Below are positions 13,752-26,120 of a DNA stretch of 64,000 nucleotides, one piece after another; the stretch's first letter is position 1, and every line of letters begins with the position of its first letter. Origin of the DNA: Camelus dromedarius (Eukaryota); the NCBI RefSeq assembly GCF_036321535.1, contig NC_087438.1, forward strand, positions 7,132,001 through 7,196,000. Direction: 5' to 3'. The position numbers and the translations under genes are program-made. Under the pieces are notes generated by a model, which saw only the letters and a program-made list of their open reading frames with translations, ran no database searches and had not been told where the DNA came from.

Positions 13752-14657
13752 ACCCCAATGTCCATAGCAGCACTACTTACAATAGCCAAGACATGGGAGC
13801 AACCTAAATGTCCATCGATAGATGACTGGCTAAAAAAGTTGTGGTATATTTATACAATGGAATATTACTCAGCCATAAAAAAGAATGAAATAGTGCCATT
13901 TGCAGCAACATGAAATGGACCTAGAGATGATCATACTAAGTGAAATAAGTCAGACAGAGAAAGACAAATATTACCTATATGTGGAATTTTTTAAGTGATG
14001 CAAATGAACTTATTCACAAAACAGAAAGAGACGCATAGACATAGAAAACAAACTCATGGTTACCAAAGGAGAAAGAGAGGAGGAGTAAATTAGGAGTTTG
14101 GGATTAACAGATATACATTACTATATATAAAATAGATAAACAACAAGGTCCTACTGTATAGCACAGGGAACTATATTCAGTATCTTGTAATAACCTATAG
14201 TGGATAAAAAAAGAATGAAATAATGGCATCCGCAGCAACATGGATGGACCTAGACACTACCACACTGAGTGAAGTAAGTCAGACAAAGAAAGACAAATAC
14301 CATATGGTATCACTTATGTGTGGAATCTTAAAAAAAATGATACAAATTCTATTTACAAACCAAAAACAGACTCACAGACACAGAAAACAAACTACAGTTA
14401 CCAAAGGGGAAAGGGCAGAGAGGGATAAATTAGGCACTGGGGATTAACAGACACACAGTACTGTAGGTAAAATAGATAAACAACAAGGATCTTCTGCATA
14501 GCACAGGGAATTAGTTTCAATATCTTGCAATAACATATAACGGAAAAGAATATGAAAAGAAAATCTATATGTATGTATATGTATAATTGAATCACTTTGC
14601 TGTACATCTGAAACTAACACAACATTGTAAATCAACCACACTTCAATAAAAAATAAA
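13752..14657 (+). mobile_element. Two juxtaposed L1 3'-end segments (laurasiatherian/artiodactyl type)
   Basis: cccaatgtccatagcagca...aaggtcctactgtatagcacagggaac; a second copy starts at ~14205 and ends in ttcaataaaaaataaa. Confidence 0.88.
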
Positions 14658-14750
14658 GAAAGGAAGGGAGGAAGGGAGGGAAGGAGGGAGAGGGGAAGGA
14701 AGGAAGGGAGAAAGGAAGGAAGGGAGAAAGGAAGGAAGGGAAGAAGAAAA
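14657..14750 (+). repeat. (GGAA)n-like purine microsatellite at the L1 tail
   Basis: Directly visible in the sequence. Confidence 0.9.
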
Positions 14751-14839
14751 TAAAAAATAAAAAAATAAACTCAGTGACCAACAGCCTCCAAGAGTGTGGC
14801 CGGAAGAGCAAAGACATGGGTTACAGTGGGAAGATCTCA

Positions 14840-14943
14840 GGGGAAGGGAACGGCTCAGTTGACAGAGTGCTTGCTCAGCAGGCACAACGTCCTGGGCTCA
14901 ACCCCCAGCACCTAATTACCTAAGTACCTCCCCCCAAAATAAC
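14840..14943 (+). mobile_element. tRNA-derived SINE (Vic-1-like), diverged
   Basis: Same head and tail as the other copies; flanking near-repeat gtgggaagatctcag / gtggggaagtctcag. Confidence 0.75.
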
Positions 14944-15059
14944 AGGTGGGGAAGTCTCAGGGCTCCACCTGATTCAAAGCTTGTGGCTGGTTCCTTCAAA
15001 CGACGTGGATGAGAACACTAACAGCATGGTTGTTACAGCTGTGGGTGGCATCAAGTCCA

Positions 15060-15760
15060 CAGGGACAACCAAGTGATTGGATGATGAGATTAGGATCCAG
15101 CAGTCCTTTCAAAACCCCTGGCAGTGGGGTAAATTAAACACGATAAATTTCAAAAGGAATATATTTAAGTTTCTTTATTTGTTTCAAAAACCTAAAACCT
15201 ACTTAGGTCAAAAAAAATTCACACAAGTGGTTTATTTAAGATTATAATATGGAACAGATGACTTACAAGCTTAACTAAAAATTCCACATGAGAGAGTGTC
15301 ATATGTCAGTCTAACCTGAAGATGAGGGAGGGGTCCATCCTCCTCTGTGCTGGTGGGGCCATACCTGGGGTGTGTCCAGGTCCAGGAGCCACACTTTAGA
15401 AAGATTATACAAGATCTAGCTTCTGTTAAGAGGAGAAGTTAGCCTCAGGATGTTCGTTTATATGAAGAACTTCGAGAACAGAAGTTTCACTGGGGACAGG
15501 GGATAGCCCCTCAAATCTCTGAAGTTCCAGGCCATGGAGGGAGCATTAGATTTGTTCAGGGGGTTCTCAGGGGGTAAAATTAGACCAGTAGGTGAGAAGC
15601 ACTAGGGAGCAGGTGTGAGCTGGGTTTACAGAAGGCATTTCTCACAGGGGTGCCCAAGGTAGGCACGCTGCCTGCAGGGCGGGGAGTGAATTCGCCCAGG
15701 GGCTCCCTAGACACAAAGGAATGTTTCAGGCAGGATTGATGGTTATTTAGGATCAATAAC
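15060..15760 (+). mobile_element. Ancient CR1/L3 LINE fragment
   Basis: Degenerate L3-like text (gatgatgagattaggatcc...aaatttcaaaagg..., gtccaggtccaggagccacacttt...). Confidence 0.5.
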
Positions 15761-17489
15761 CGAACAGCTCCATCAGCACTGCTTCATGTACATCACTTGC
15801 TAGTCTACCCAATGTGTCCTTTTTTAGAAAGTACAAAAGCAAGAGAAAGCATCTTGGCTTTTAACTCGCTGTCAAAATTTGGTGTTGGGCATAACCAGTT
15901 CTAAAAATTAGCGGCAATCTCCCAAAGAAGGCAAGAAAGGATAATGAGGGAGAAGGCGAGGGACGGGGGCTGGCCCTGATCCTCAGAGGCCAGCAAGGAG
16001 GGTGGAGAGCAAGGTCTCACCCAGGGAGGGATGCTCTGCCCAGAGCTGCCCTCCTATCCCCCAACCCACTGAATCCACCACCTCACCCCCCCCACCACCT
16101 CCCGTATTCCAGCCTCAGACTTTGGGGCTCTTTAAGCTGTCAAGTTAAACCTCACAAATCATGTGTTTCTCTCTTTCATTTTATGATAAAGATATATATT
16201 GGGGAAAAGAGGGAAAGACTTGAAGGTGAAAAAAAAAATCACAAACAATATTTATCCAATACAGATCACTGAATTTCAGCTCTCCAACTTCACCAGGGCT
16301 CAGCTCTGACTGCTGAAACACCCAGCGCTCGGATCTCCCACTCTCATTTACCAGCGTGCACGGTCGCGACAGCCCAGCACACAGATCATCGCTGAGCAGT
16401 TCTCTCTCCTGAATGTGCTTTAAAAAGGGGCATTTCATGTGAGTCAAAGTTAATCTTCTATCAGTGCATGTGAACTTTTAAACGTTAAACTTCTCATTGC
16501 AAAGTCATTATGAAGGGTAAAAAAATGCAAAAAAAAATTCTAGACTATGCAATGAAAGGTGTCCTCTTCTCACCTTAAGTCCCAAATGCCACCCTCCCAA
16601 GATCCAAAAGCTATTAGCTGTTTCTTGTGTATTCATAGATTACTTCAGGTATGCATTCATAGATTATTTTGGGTAGGGTACGTGTGTGAGCGTGTGTGTG
16701 AGTGTGTGTGTACATGAGAGAGAGAGAGAATGCGTGGTGAGCACGTGTCTGCCCCTTGCCGACATAAACAGAAGTAAACATCACCATCCGCCCCTTGCTC
16801 TTTGCACCTGACAACGGCCCCGTCACAACACCTGCTGCTATAACACCAATTAGCTCGCAATACCATTGGTCAGAGGAAAAAATAACCTGGAAGTCTCATT
16901 GGTTCATATGTGATTTTTCCTGCAAGGGGAGGAAGCTAAGCTTTGAATGATAATAGAATTGGTAGCTTCAGCTGGAAGGGATGTGGCTCTCTGTGTATTT
17001 TAAGAAACCGCCTGAGGGGGCACCCTCACCTCGCACAGTCCTGGGCAGGTATCAGCCCTCCGGGGCTCATTGAGGCTGTGACGTTCCCCCAAACCAGCAT
17101 TCCCACGCCATTTTTATAAATTATTATCCCCTGGGGCAGCCTCCAGCACCACTGAGCTGCCTGTCTGGACAGTCCAGGTAATCTCCCCAGGTACCAGTGA
17201 TTCTGTTAATGCTCTATTTCAAAGTTGCATCTGCTTTGAATGGTCTCCCATTAACCCTACTTTTCCATCAGGCAGGTTACATTTAATGTTCACCATTGCA
17301 GAACGCGTGTTATAGCGCTGGAACCTCTGTCTGGAAATCACACATGCATTGGTACCTGTCACTCTGCCGCAGTCTGTTTCACAGCTGCTCCGTACAAATA
17401 TACCAAAAATGACTTAACTCATGCATGTTTAGGCTGGGCCCAGTTATTTACTTACAAAAATGATGCTGTAATTAATTTGGTAAGATGTT

Positions 17490-17850
17490 CTTATGGACTG
17501 AATTGCATCCTCCCCAAATTCACATGTTGAAGTCCTAACTTCCAGGACCTCAGAGACAGGGCCTCTGAAGAGGTAACTCAGTTAAAATGAGGCTGTTAGG
17601 GTGGGGCCCTAATCCAACAAGACTGAGTCCTTATAAGAAGAAGAAGAGACACCAAGGACACACGTGCACAGAGGAAAGGCCACGTGAGGACACAGGGGGA
17701 ACACATCCAACTGCAAGTCAAGGAGGGAGGCCTCAGGAGACACCCGCCCTGCCAGCACCTTGATCTTGGACGTCCAACCTCGAAATAAATGTCTGTTGTT
17801 CCAGCCACTCAGTCTGCAGTCTTCTGTGATGGTGGCCCAGGGCAAATGTG
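17490..17850 (+). mobile_element. MaLR solo LTR (MLT1A/B-like)
   Basis: tatggactgaattgcatcc...gttgaagtcctaa...gggtggggccctaatccaa...aataaatgtctgttgtt. Confidence 0.85.
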
Positions 17851-19371
17851 TACTTTCACAAGCTGTTTATTCATAAACATAGGTGGTATGTCTGCACCAG
17901 CCTACCTGTAGGTGGGGCAGGCAGGAGATAATTCAGCTCTGCTTAGAAGGTATTATTACTCAAGGACCACCCTGTGCCTACGGAAAAAGTTATTGTGATT
18001 CAGAAAGACACGGAACCCACGCTTCAGAGTTACTCAGATGGTGCTGACACCTGAGCCATCTGGGTAGACAGGATGGATTCCGGAGCAGCGGAGCCTTCCC
18101 CACGTCCAGCCAGCAAGCGCAGTGGGGAAAGTTGCACAGTTTCAGCATCAGGCAGGCCTGTGCCTGAGCACCAGCTCCCTTGCTTGCTTATTAGTGTGCA
18201 GATCTTAGCAAACAAATTACTCTTTAAGTGCCTCTGCTTACCCCACTAAAAAATATCATATCCATGCCGCAGAGCTAATATGAGAATTTAAAATAACATA
18301 TATAAAAGGTCCATGACACAGTAGACAGTCAATAGAGCAGCATCTTACTGTCATAGTTTCTGGTCTTTGGATTTCCATTCATAATTGACCTGTTCAGGTC
18401 AAGAGAAACTCCCAGTGACTGCAGTTTGCCTTCCTGAGCTGGCGTGGACACACCAGCTGGGCAGTTTGGACTGGGGTGAGGGCAGGTGGAGACAAGGAAT
18501 CTGACACTTCTCCAGTACAAATTCATCTCTTTCAGTCCATTCAAATTCATATTAACACACTCCTTAATAAGATGCAAATGCCTTTAAAAATATTATACTT
18601 AAAGATGAGCAGAGATGAATGAACAAGAAGAGTGAATAAAAGGGCTTTGAGATCAAACGGTAAAGGGTGAGAACTCGAACAAGGCAGGTGCAGGAGCAGC
18701 GGAAAGGGAAGATCACTGAGTCAGTAGCAGCTTCACTTGCCTTACAACCGTGCTGACTACTAGCTATTGAGTACCGGCATTCAGCCTAATGTCTTGTGAC
18801 ACACTGTCCCTTCTTCAGCTGTTACGTTCCCCACAAACAACACCAGAAAGCTATATTTAGAGCAAACCCTGTAAGACCTCACCACGCGAACGTCTCCACC
18901 AGGTTTGGGCTATAGATGGAATTTTGTGAAATTATTCTGACATCTGGATTCGTTCTTAGAAAAAAACATTCGGCTGCCCAATTTTTCATCCTATGATACC
19001 CAGAGAAGAAAACTAACTTGATTCCTCCTCTGTATCCTTGAAATAAACCTAGGGATTGACGAGCTACTGTTTTATCAATCCTTCTCGGATAACGTTCACA
19101 CAATATTAAATTCAGAAAAGCAAGACATCTAATTCCCCTCATCTATAAAATTTATGTGCTTTTTTGTTCATGTTCAATTTGCATCCGTCCACTGGGTCAC
19201 AAGTGTGCCAATTCCAATATAACCATAATGCGTTGTTATTACAGGAACACTTCACTCCGAATGGGGGCAGTTCTGCCTAAGAGGATTCCAGATGACTGAA
19301 GTTTTCTATCTGAGTGAGAAACTTTGTGTTATTTACTGATTTATTTTTATTTTTTTTAATTTAAAAAAATT

Positions 19372-19488
19372 TGGGGGGGAGGTAATTAGGTTTACTTATT
19401 TATCTTTTGGAGGAGGTACTGGGGACTGAACCTGGGACCTCGTGTATGCTAAGCATGCACTCTGCCACTTGAGCTATACCCTCCCCCC
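19372..19488 (-). mobile_element. tRNA-derived SINE (Vic-1-like)
   Basis: Reverse complement reads gggggagggtatagctcaagtggcagagtgcatgcttagcat...cccagtacctcc...aaacctaattacctccccc. Confidence 0.85.
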
Positions 19489-21524
19489 ACTTATTCATTT
19501 TAGACACAAAAGTTTACTAATGTAATTTGATGTTAGAAAAAAGACTGAAAGTCTATTAACAAAATATTATCAACATTAGCTAAACAATTGTACTGTGTTA
19601 TTTAGATGGAGATGTCTTTATATCAATATTCGTTTTTATATTTAAGTATATGGCCTGTGCCATCTTTGGGAAAAATGAGGTCCTCGTATTTAATACCTGC
19701 CATAACAAGTCTTTTCATTCATCACAAAATAACCTAGTTCCTAAGTGGAGATCTTCAAGAAACGGGATTCTCAACAGAATCCGATGAGGAGGCAGCTAAG
19801 ATGTTCCAGGGACAGTGACAGCTCTGCTCTAGCCACCCAGTGGGTGGGGGCAGGCGCCTGGCAGGGTCTTACCCTCTAGTACCGTGGCCTGCTCCCAGCA
19901 CTGAGCCCTTGACCCAGAGAGAAACCTGTCACTCTCTGGTCTCTCACAGCCCTCCAAGTTTCTCTGGCCTCAGCTTCCTGACCTGAACTCCCACTTAACT
20001 GTCCCCAATCCTTCTGTTCCCCAATTAAAATTCTCAACATAGAATCACATAGCTCAGCTCAGGTCTATTTGCCAGTTGCTTCAGATGCCCATCCGTGATC
20101 CAACAAACCGGAGAAGGATCAGGGGGCTTCTGGTCCTCATAAGGCTGCTCCCTTGACAAAGTGATGAGTGAGGTGGTGTCAGAAGGGGAGGAGGCATCAC
20201 TAGGGACCTATTTCCACCAGACGCTTCAAGGTCCCCTGGTTTAATCAGTACCTGGTGAACACAGCTGTGCTCCCTGCAGCTGAGCCCTCTGGGGTTTCAC
20301 AGACTCCATCCTCCCTCTCCGATGATTCACATTTCTCAGCTGAAGTCCTCATACTGCTTTTCTGATTTCATCAGCTCCCCAATTCTCCTTAGCTACTTTG
20401 TTCCGCGAATCACAGCCTCCCGTGTTTGGGGATGCAGAGCTCGCTGTGTGACACGCCCTCACTGCTGAAGGCTGTTCTGATGCCTCACAGACCCACGGGG
20501 ATCAGCCGGGGATCAGCCGAGAGGAGGCAGCAGCCCTGCTGGGATTGGAAAACTCATCGTCATTTTAGGTCCTTTTAGGACCCAGACTGCTTGTGGAAGG
20601 ATCCCTTCTGCAACAGCCCCACCAAGTGGCCGTCCAGCTTCGGTCCAATGTCTCCAGTGACAAGGGACTCACCGTGTCCAGAGGCAACACACTCTGACTT
20701 TAAACGACTTTATTAGGACTGTCCTTCATCCTGAGTGTCAACTCCACGTCTCTCTAACAGCCACCCCGTGACCCGCGCTCACGCCCCAGAGCCACAGAAC
20801 AGGCTGAACTGCAGGGAAGCAACTGAGTGTAGTAAAAACCTCGTGCTCCAGTGTCAGTTTATGCCATTAACTGAGCAAGTTCATGATGACTCCCGTTGTT
20901 AAAAAAGAAAAATAAGCGAAGCCAGGTGCCACGCCCCTGAGAATGAGAACACGACCCCAGCGCACAGAAGCCCTGGCACACAGCCATGTCATCACTTTCC
21001 TTTCTGCTGCTGCTCGGCAACCCTTCAACATTTGAAAGTTCTGTTTTGTTTCCTCCAAACGTTCTCTCATCCAGGGTAAACATCACTACCTCTTGAACTG
21101 TGACTCTCAGGGTATGCTTTCAAGAGCTTTTGCCATCTAGAATTCATTCTGCTTATCAATGCGGTTTCTTCTGTTCCTTTCTCCAGTTCTAGGTTTCTAC
21201 ATCACCCATGTTAGTTTAGGGACAAGTCATGCCAAAAGTGTCCTCTTTGTGAGCAAAGGGTGGGGGGTACCTGGCGAGGAGACCCCTCCCTACGGGAGGT
21301 TGGTGCCAACCACACCCTCCAAAGGCCCAGGGGAACTTCTGGAGCCTCTTCAGCCCCAACCATCAGGTCAGTGGGATGGTTCCCTGCACTTGCCAGCCAG
21401 CACATGGGAGAATCCTCTAGGAGCTTGGCTCCCCTTTAACTTCCTCTCCTCACCAGGGCTAAGGAAGTGCTGGCGAGAGCCCGGATAGGTCTGGGTAGTG
21501 CAGGGTGCAGCCCTCCTAAGTTAC

Positions 21525-21855
21525 TAGCTTGTCTCGGTCAGCGGAGCAGAACACCATGGCCTGGGGGGCTCATACACCAAGTACTTATTTCTCACAATTC
21601 TGAAGGCTGGGGAGTCCAAGATCAAGGCGCTAGCAGCTCTAGTGTCTGGTAAGGGCTTCCTGGTTCATAGATGGCCCTCTCCTCACATGTCCTCACGTGG
21701 TGGAAGGGGCAAGGGAGCTCGCTGGAATCTCTTTCATCAGGGCGCTAATCTCACTGATGAGGGCCCCACCCTCATGCCCTAAAGCCAAGGCCCCACCTCC
21801 TGATACCATCACACTGGGGGTTAGGATTTCAACATGGGAATTTTGCCCATAACAC
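21525..21855 (-). mobile_element. MaLR solo LTR (MLT1A/MST-like)
   Basis: ttatttctcacaattctgaaggctggggagtccaagatcaagg...ttaggatttcaacatgggaatttt. Confidence 0.8.
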
Positions 21856-24800
21856 AGTCCTCTACTTGATAACCCTACCTGCCAAGGAGGGCAGTCGGAG
21901 ATGATCTCCTCCCTTCCTTTTCCTAATTCCTCTCTAATCCTGAGAAACCATCTCTCCCTCTATAGGACTCCCTTGGTGCAGAGATACAGCTGAGGCTCTG
22001 CTGTTACTCACCCCTACCCACATCCCCAGGAACAGGATGCTCTCCTGAGATGTCAGCCGTGAAGGCCAGGTCCAAGTTCACAGCCCTCATGCCTTGGTAC
22101 AATTCCCAAACATCACTCCGGGAGCTACTCTGGGAGGGGGGCCCCCTACCCCTGGGAGCCCAACCTTGCTAGAAAGTGCTCCCTCCTCTAGCGCCCTCCA
22201 GATGTGGAGAGTGGGCTCACGGGTCTGCCATTCCACTCTGCTGGGCATCCTACCCCAGTGCAGCCTCCATCCTCCCATCTCCATCAGGCTGTTGAAAGTG
22301 CAAGTAATACAACACCCACATAAAAGTAGCTTAAAAACAACATAAGTTTATTATGTCTTGATGTCAGAGGCTCTGGGTCAGTTCAGCAACTTAGTGTATC
22401 ATCAAAAACCCAGCGTCTTTCCTTCTTTCTGCTCCTCCAATCTCAGCATCTTGGGTTTCATCTTCATTTTTCCCCTGCTGGTTGCAAAACGGCTGCTAAA
22501 ACTTCAAGTATTACTGCAACAAAACCTTTTCCGAAGTTCCCAGCACACATCCCCTCCAACCTCACTGATGGGACCTGGATTACCTGCTCACAGCCCACCC
22601 TGATGCCCAGGGGATGGGATCAGACAACTGGCAGGGCCCACTATGCCTGAACACATCGACACCTGACACCTTGAAGACCTATGGCTGTGTCACCAGGAAG
22701 AGGGGGGATGGCTGCTGGGCAGGACTGAGATGAGTCTGCGCACCTCCTTGGCTGGCCCACTGGTGCCCCTGCTGCCCAGATCAGAGGCCTGCACATTTTG
22801 CTGCCTAGGCCAGGTCAGGAGCGCTCCACTGTGGCCCAGGGGACTCCAACATCTTAACAAACTGCTGACCACACTATGGCACCAGTAAGTAGCAAGACAC
22901 AACCAAGGGATGTGCTTCTTGTCTGTCTGTCTGTCTGTCAGTCTGTCGAGACTAAGTAGACTCCTGCAGTGTGCTCTGCAATGACTTTGAGGTCTTTCCT
23001 AGAATGCATTCAGCCAGGGCTAAGCCAGGAAATACATGCTACGCACAAGCTCGGAAGACCTGGGCTTGAGAACATTTGCTTCTTGACAGCAGGTCCTTCA
23101 TACCCTGGTCTTCAGGGAGAGCACTTCGGCAGTGGGGTGGTGCCAGCTGTGTGGGGTAAGTATCAGGAACCCTGCGTGCTTCCTGTTCTGCCCATAACCT
23201 GTCACGGTGCACGTATCTCCCAGCAATGCTGACCAGCGTATGTGGAAAAGTCTCATTTCCAACATCGTCTAAACTTGGTTTCACATGCACTCGGTGGAGC
23301 TAAGCGTTTCAAGGAGTCCACGCCACAGCTGGCCGAGGGTCTGACGAGGTGCCCACCTGGCACATCTGGGGAACGCAAGGATTGCAGTCCTGGGGCCACG
23401 CTTTCAGAGAAGGACGTTTTCAGGTGGAAACGTGCTCAAGTCACTGACCTGAGTGTCTATGGAACTTCCAGGTCTGTTCACAACGGCACCTATGAGGCTA
23501 CAATACCCCTAAGCTGTATTTCTATTCTTGTTTTTTTCAACTTTAAGTTATATCAAGTTAGAAGCTGCCCCTGATTTCAATCTGTATAGACGTTCTTGAA
23601 TCCTGTTTTTGACATAATCATAGTAGCTCTCATTCCCTGCTGTGTGCTGTGTGCACATTTGATCAATGTCCCTTAACCTAGTAACTGATGAAAATTCAAA
23701 CCAGTCAGTCAGAGAAGCCACAATAACCTCTACAGGAAAACTCACACTGTACATTTCACTTACAGGCACGGTTTTAAAATGTAACTAAAGAACCTGCAGG
23801 CTGTATGAATCACAGAACTTCTATGAAACGGGCTGTTCTTTCCTGAGGTTGCAGGACCAAGCATCATCCCCCCAACACAGCAAGTCGCATGTGACTCTGC
23901 AGACAGCCTGATGTCTCTGCAAATCTGGCAGGAATACATCTAGGAAATTAGGGAATACCTCCAAGGTTCCACAAAACTCGGCCGCTGCCCACCCCGCCTC
24001 TGGGCAGGGAGCTACATATGAAGGGTCCCTCTGCAGGCGTGCTCAGCCACATTCCAGGGCTGGCTGGGGTGGAAGGAGGCAGCAAAGGGCAGGCACCAAG
24101 AATCCACACAGTGGGAGAGAACTCATTCTTCATAAGGAAATCAGGGACTTTGGGGAAGGGGATCAGTGGTGACAGCCAGAAACCTGACTGATGTCACAGC
24201 ATGCCATCCCCTCACCCCAAACACACAGTTTCTCTCTCTACTATCACTCTGTTTATCTCTCCCAGAGAACTTCACACACAGTGACGTTCAGTCGCCTGTT
24301 TGTCGCTCTTCTAGAATATAAATCCCATAAGATTAGGGGCCTTGCACATCATTCACACTGAATCAGGAAAGCTTGTTACACAGCAGACACTCAGTAAGTA
24401 TTGCTGAATGAATGAATGAGTCCCCAGTTGCTTCTCATTTAAATGAAGATTAGCAAATTGATCACACTTTTATCAGTGCAGTTAAAGACGCAAACCACCT
24501 CCCTTCATCACATCTCTGCTCCGACGGTTTGGTATTTCGGTTCCAGGCGTATGATAGGGAGTTTAATTCTCTTCTGTGACATGCAGGGATTATTCGAGCC
24601 ACCACTCAATATTAATTTTTCAGATATATGGAGCTTGTCTATTGACATTTAAAGGTTTTCCTTAACTTGTCTTTATCCGAATCAGTCAAGTCTCTTCTCA
24701 TAAGTGAGAAATATTAAATAAATGGCTGCTTTCATAAAATAAAGAAGTGACTAGCAGAAATAATCTTTAACTTCTACGAACAAGCTTCTCTTAAGTGCCT

Positions 24801-25196
24801 GAAATAATAAACACAGCTTACAGACCAAAAACTTCGTGCTGTGAGTTTTACAAATCAGTCCCCAGCCCCCTGTTTAGTGTCTCATTACCCCAGTGACAGG
24901 GAGGCTCAGGAAACTAAGGCTTCGAGAGGGTCAGCCACTGGCCCAAAGCCTCCTGCAGGGATGTGAACCCAGGTCTGGCTTACTCCAAAGCTCATGACTG
25001 TTTTACTGTCAAATCAATACCAACTACTCCACTGCACCATGCATCTTCTCTGAATACCACAGTTCATCAGATCTGAGGTCCACCAACGGCAGCTGATGTG
25101 CTAGGACGTCATGAGGCACGGCACTGCCAATTCCAGTCATAAAACACCATCAGCTGGAAGGCAACTCGCAGTGTCAGAAATGTTAAAATGTGTCTG

Positions 25197-25779
25197 TTTA
25201 TTCCCACACATTTACATACACTATATGTCTTAGATTCAATAAAATACAGTCATCAGGGGAGAGGGGAGAGCTCAGTGGTAAAAGTCCATGCTTAGCATGC
25301 ACGAGGTCCTGGATTCAATCCCCAGTAACGCCATTAAAAATAAACAAATAAACCAAATTACTTCCTCCTTCCCCACCTCCCAAAAAGCAAAACAACAAAT
25401 AAAATAAAACAAAATAATCCACTAGCCTCAGAACAAATTATTCCTAATAAATGTTATAAATGTGTCTCTAACTCCTTTAGAAAATTAATTTTGCCATGAA
25501 GTCCAGAAAAGAAAGAGAAATCTTAAGCATGAATAAAGTTTCAGGAAGCTGCAAACATGCACAAAAGCATTCCCTCTTTAAATTTGTCTCTTCTCATCTT
25601 GGCATCAAATCGGATTCTTCACAATGTGAAGGGCGGCTGACGTCCCTCCCACCCATGGACATGACCGCCGCTCACTGGTACCTCCACACACCCGCGGGCT
25701 CCCAACACGTACGCACGTCTGTCAGAACGCAACACAGTGGGGCTTTAAATCTCCCTGCTGTTTTTTACTTCTGTTTATT
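25197..25779 (-). terminator. Candidate ATPSCKMT polyadenylation signals (AATAAA on minus at 25774-25779 and 25197-25202)
   Basis: TTTATT hexamers on the plus strand downstream of the ATPSCKMT stop. Confidence 0.4.
25256..25390 (+). mobile_element. tRNA-derived SINE (Vic-1-like)
   Basis: ggggagaggggagagctcagtggta...gaggtcctggattcaatccccagta followed by an A-rich tail. Confidence 0.85.
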
Positions 25780-25892
25780 GTCTCCAAAAGTTAAGGAAAG
25801 CAATCAGAATTTCTCATTCCACAGCAAGGAAAAACACATGCTTTGCTGAAGACACAGCCTTAAGTCTCTATAAAATCAAAGACCCCAACGCT

Positions 25893-26120
25893 TCAGAAAC
25901 CATCCTCGATAAAGTCTCTACGTGAGTGACCGACTGAAGCACACCGACCCTCAGGGCCTCTCTCCACGGCCCGGAAAGAGCTGGCGTCGTAGGCCCACAC
26001 GGTGTCACCCCCCTCCCCGGTGACCTGGGCCGGGCTCCAGTGCGGGAAGGGGAACCGGCAGGCGATGACTCTAGCGTGGTCCTGGAGTTCCAGCTCGAGC
26101 TTCCTCTCCAGCTGCGGCAT
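25893..26120 (-). CDS. ATPSCKMT: ATPSCKMT coding exon 5 to stop (228 nt)
   Basis: ctccccgcag|ATG; encodes [28 protein letters not shown]...FIEDGF, with TGA at 25893-25895. Confidence 0.94.
   Translation of the reverse strand: MPQLERKLELELQDHARVIACRFPFPHWSPAQVTGEGGDTVWAYDASSFRAVERGPEGRCASVGHSRRDFIEDGF

Noticed and set aside
16181..16447. Faint impression of a DUF4062/TTC41-like segment (ERELL...LKFSDLYWINIVCDFF) and a degenerate P-loop-like string near 19190-19250
   Set aside because: The similarity is too weak by eye, key residues are missing, and the order on the minus strand is opposite to the DUF4062-then-NACHT architecture. It needs an HMM search before any claim.
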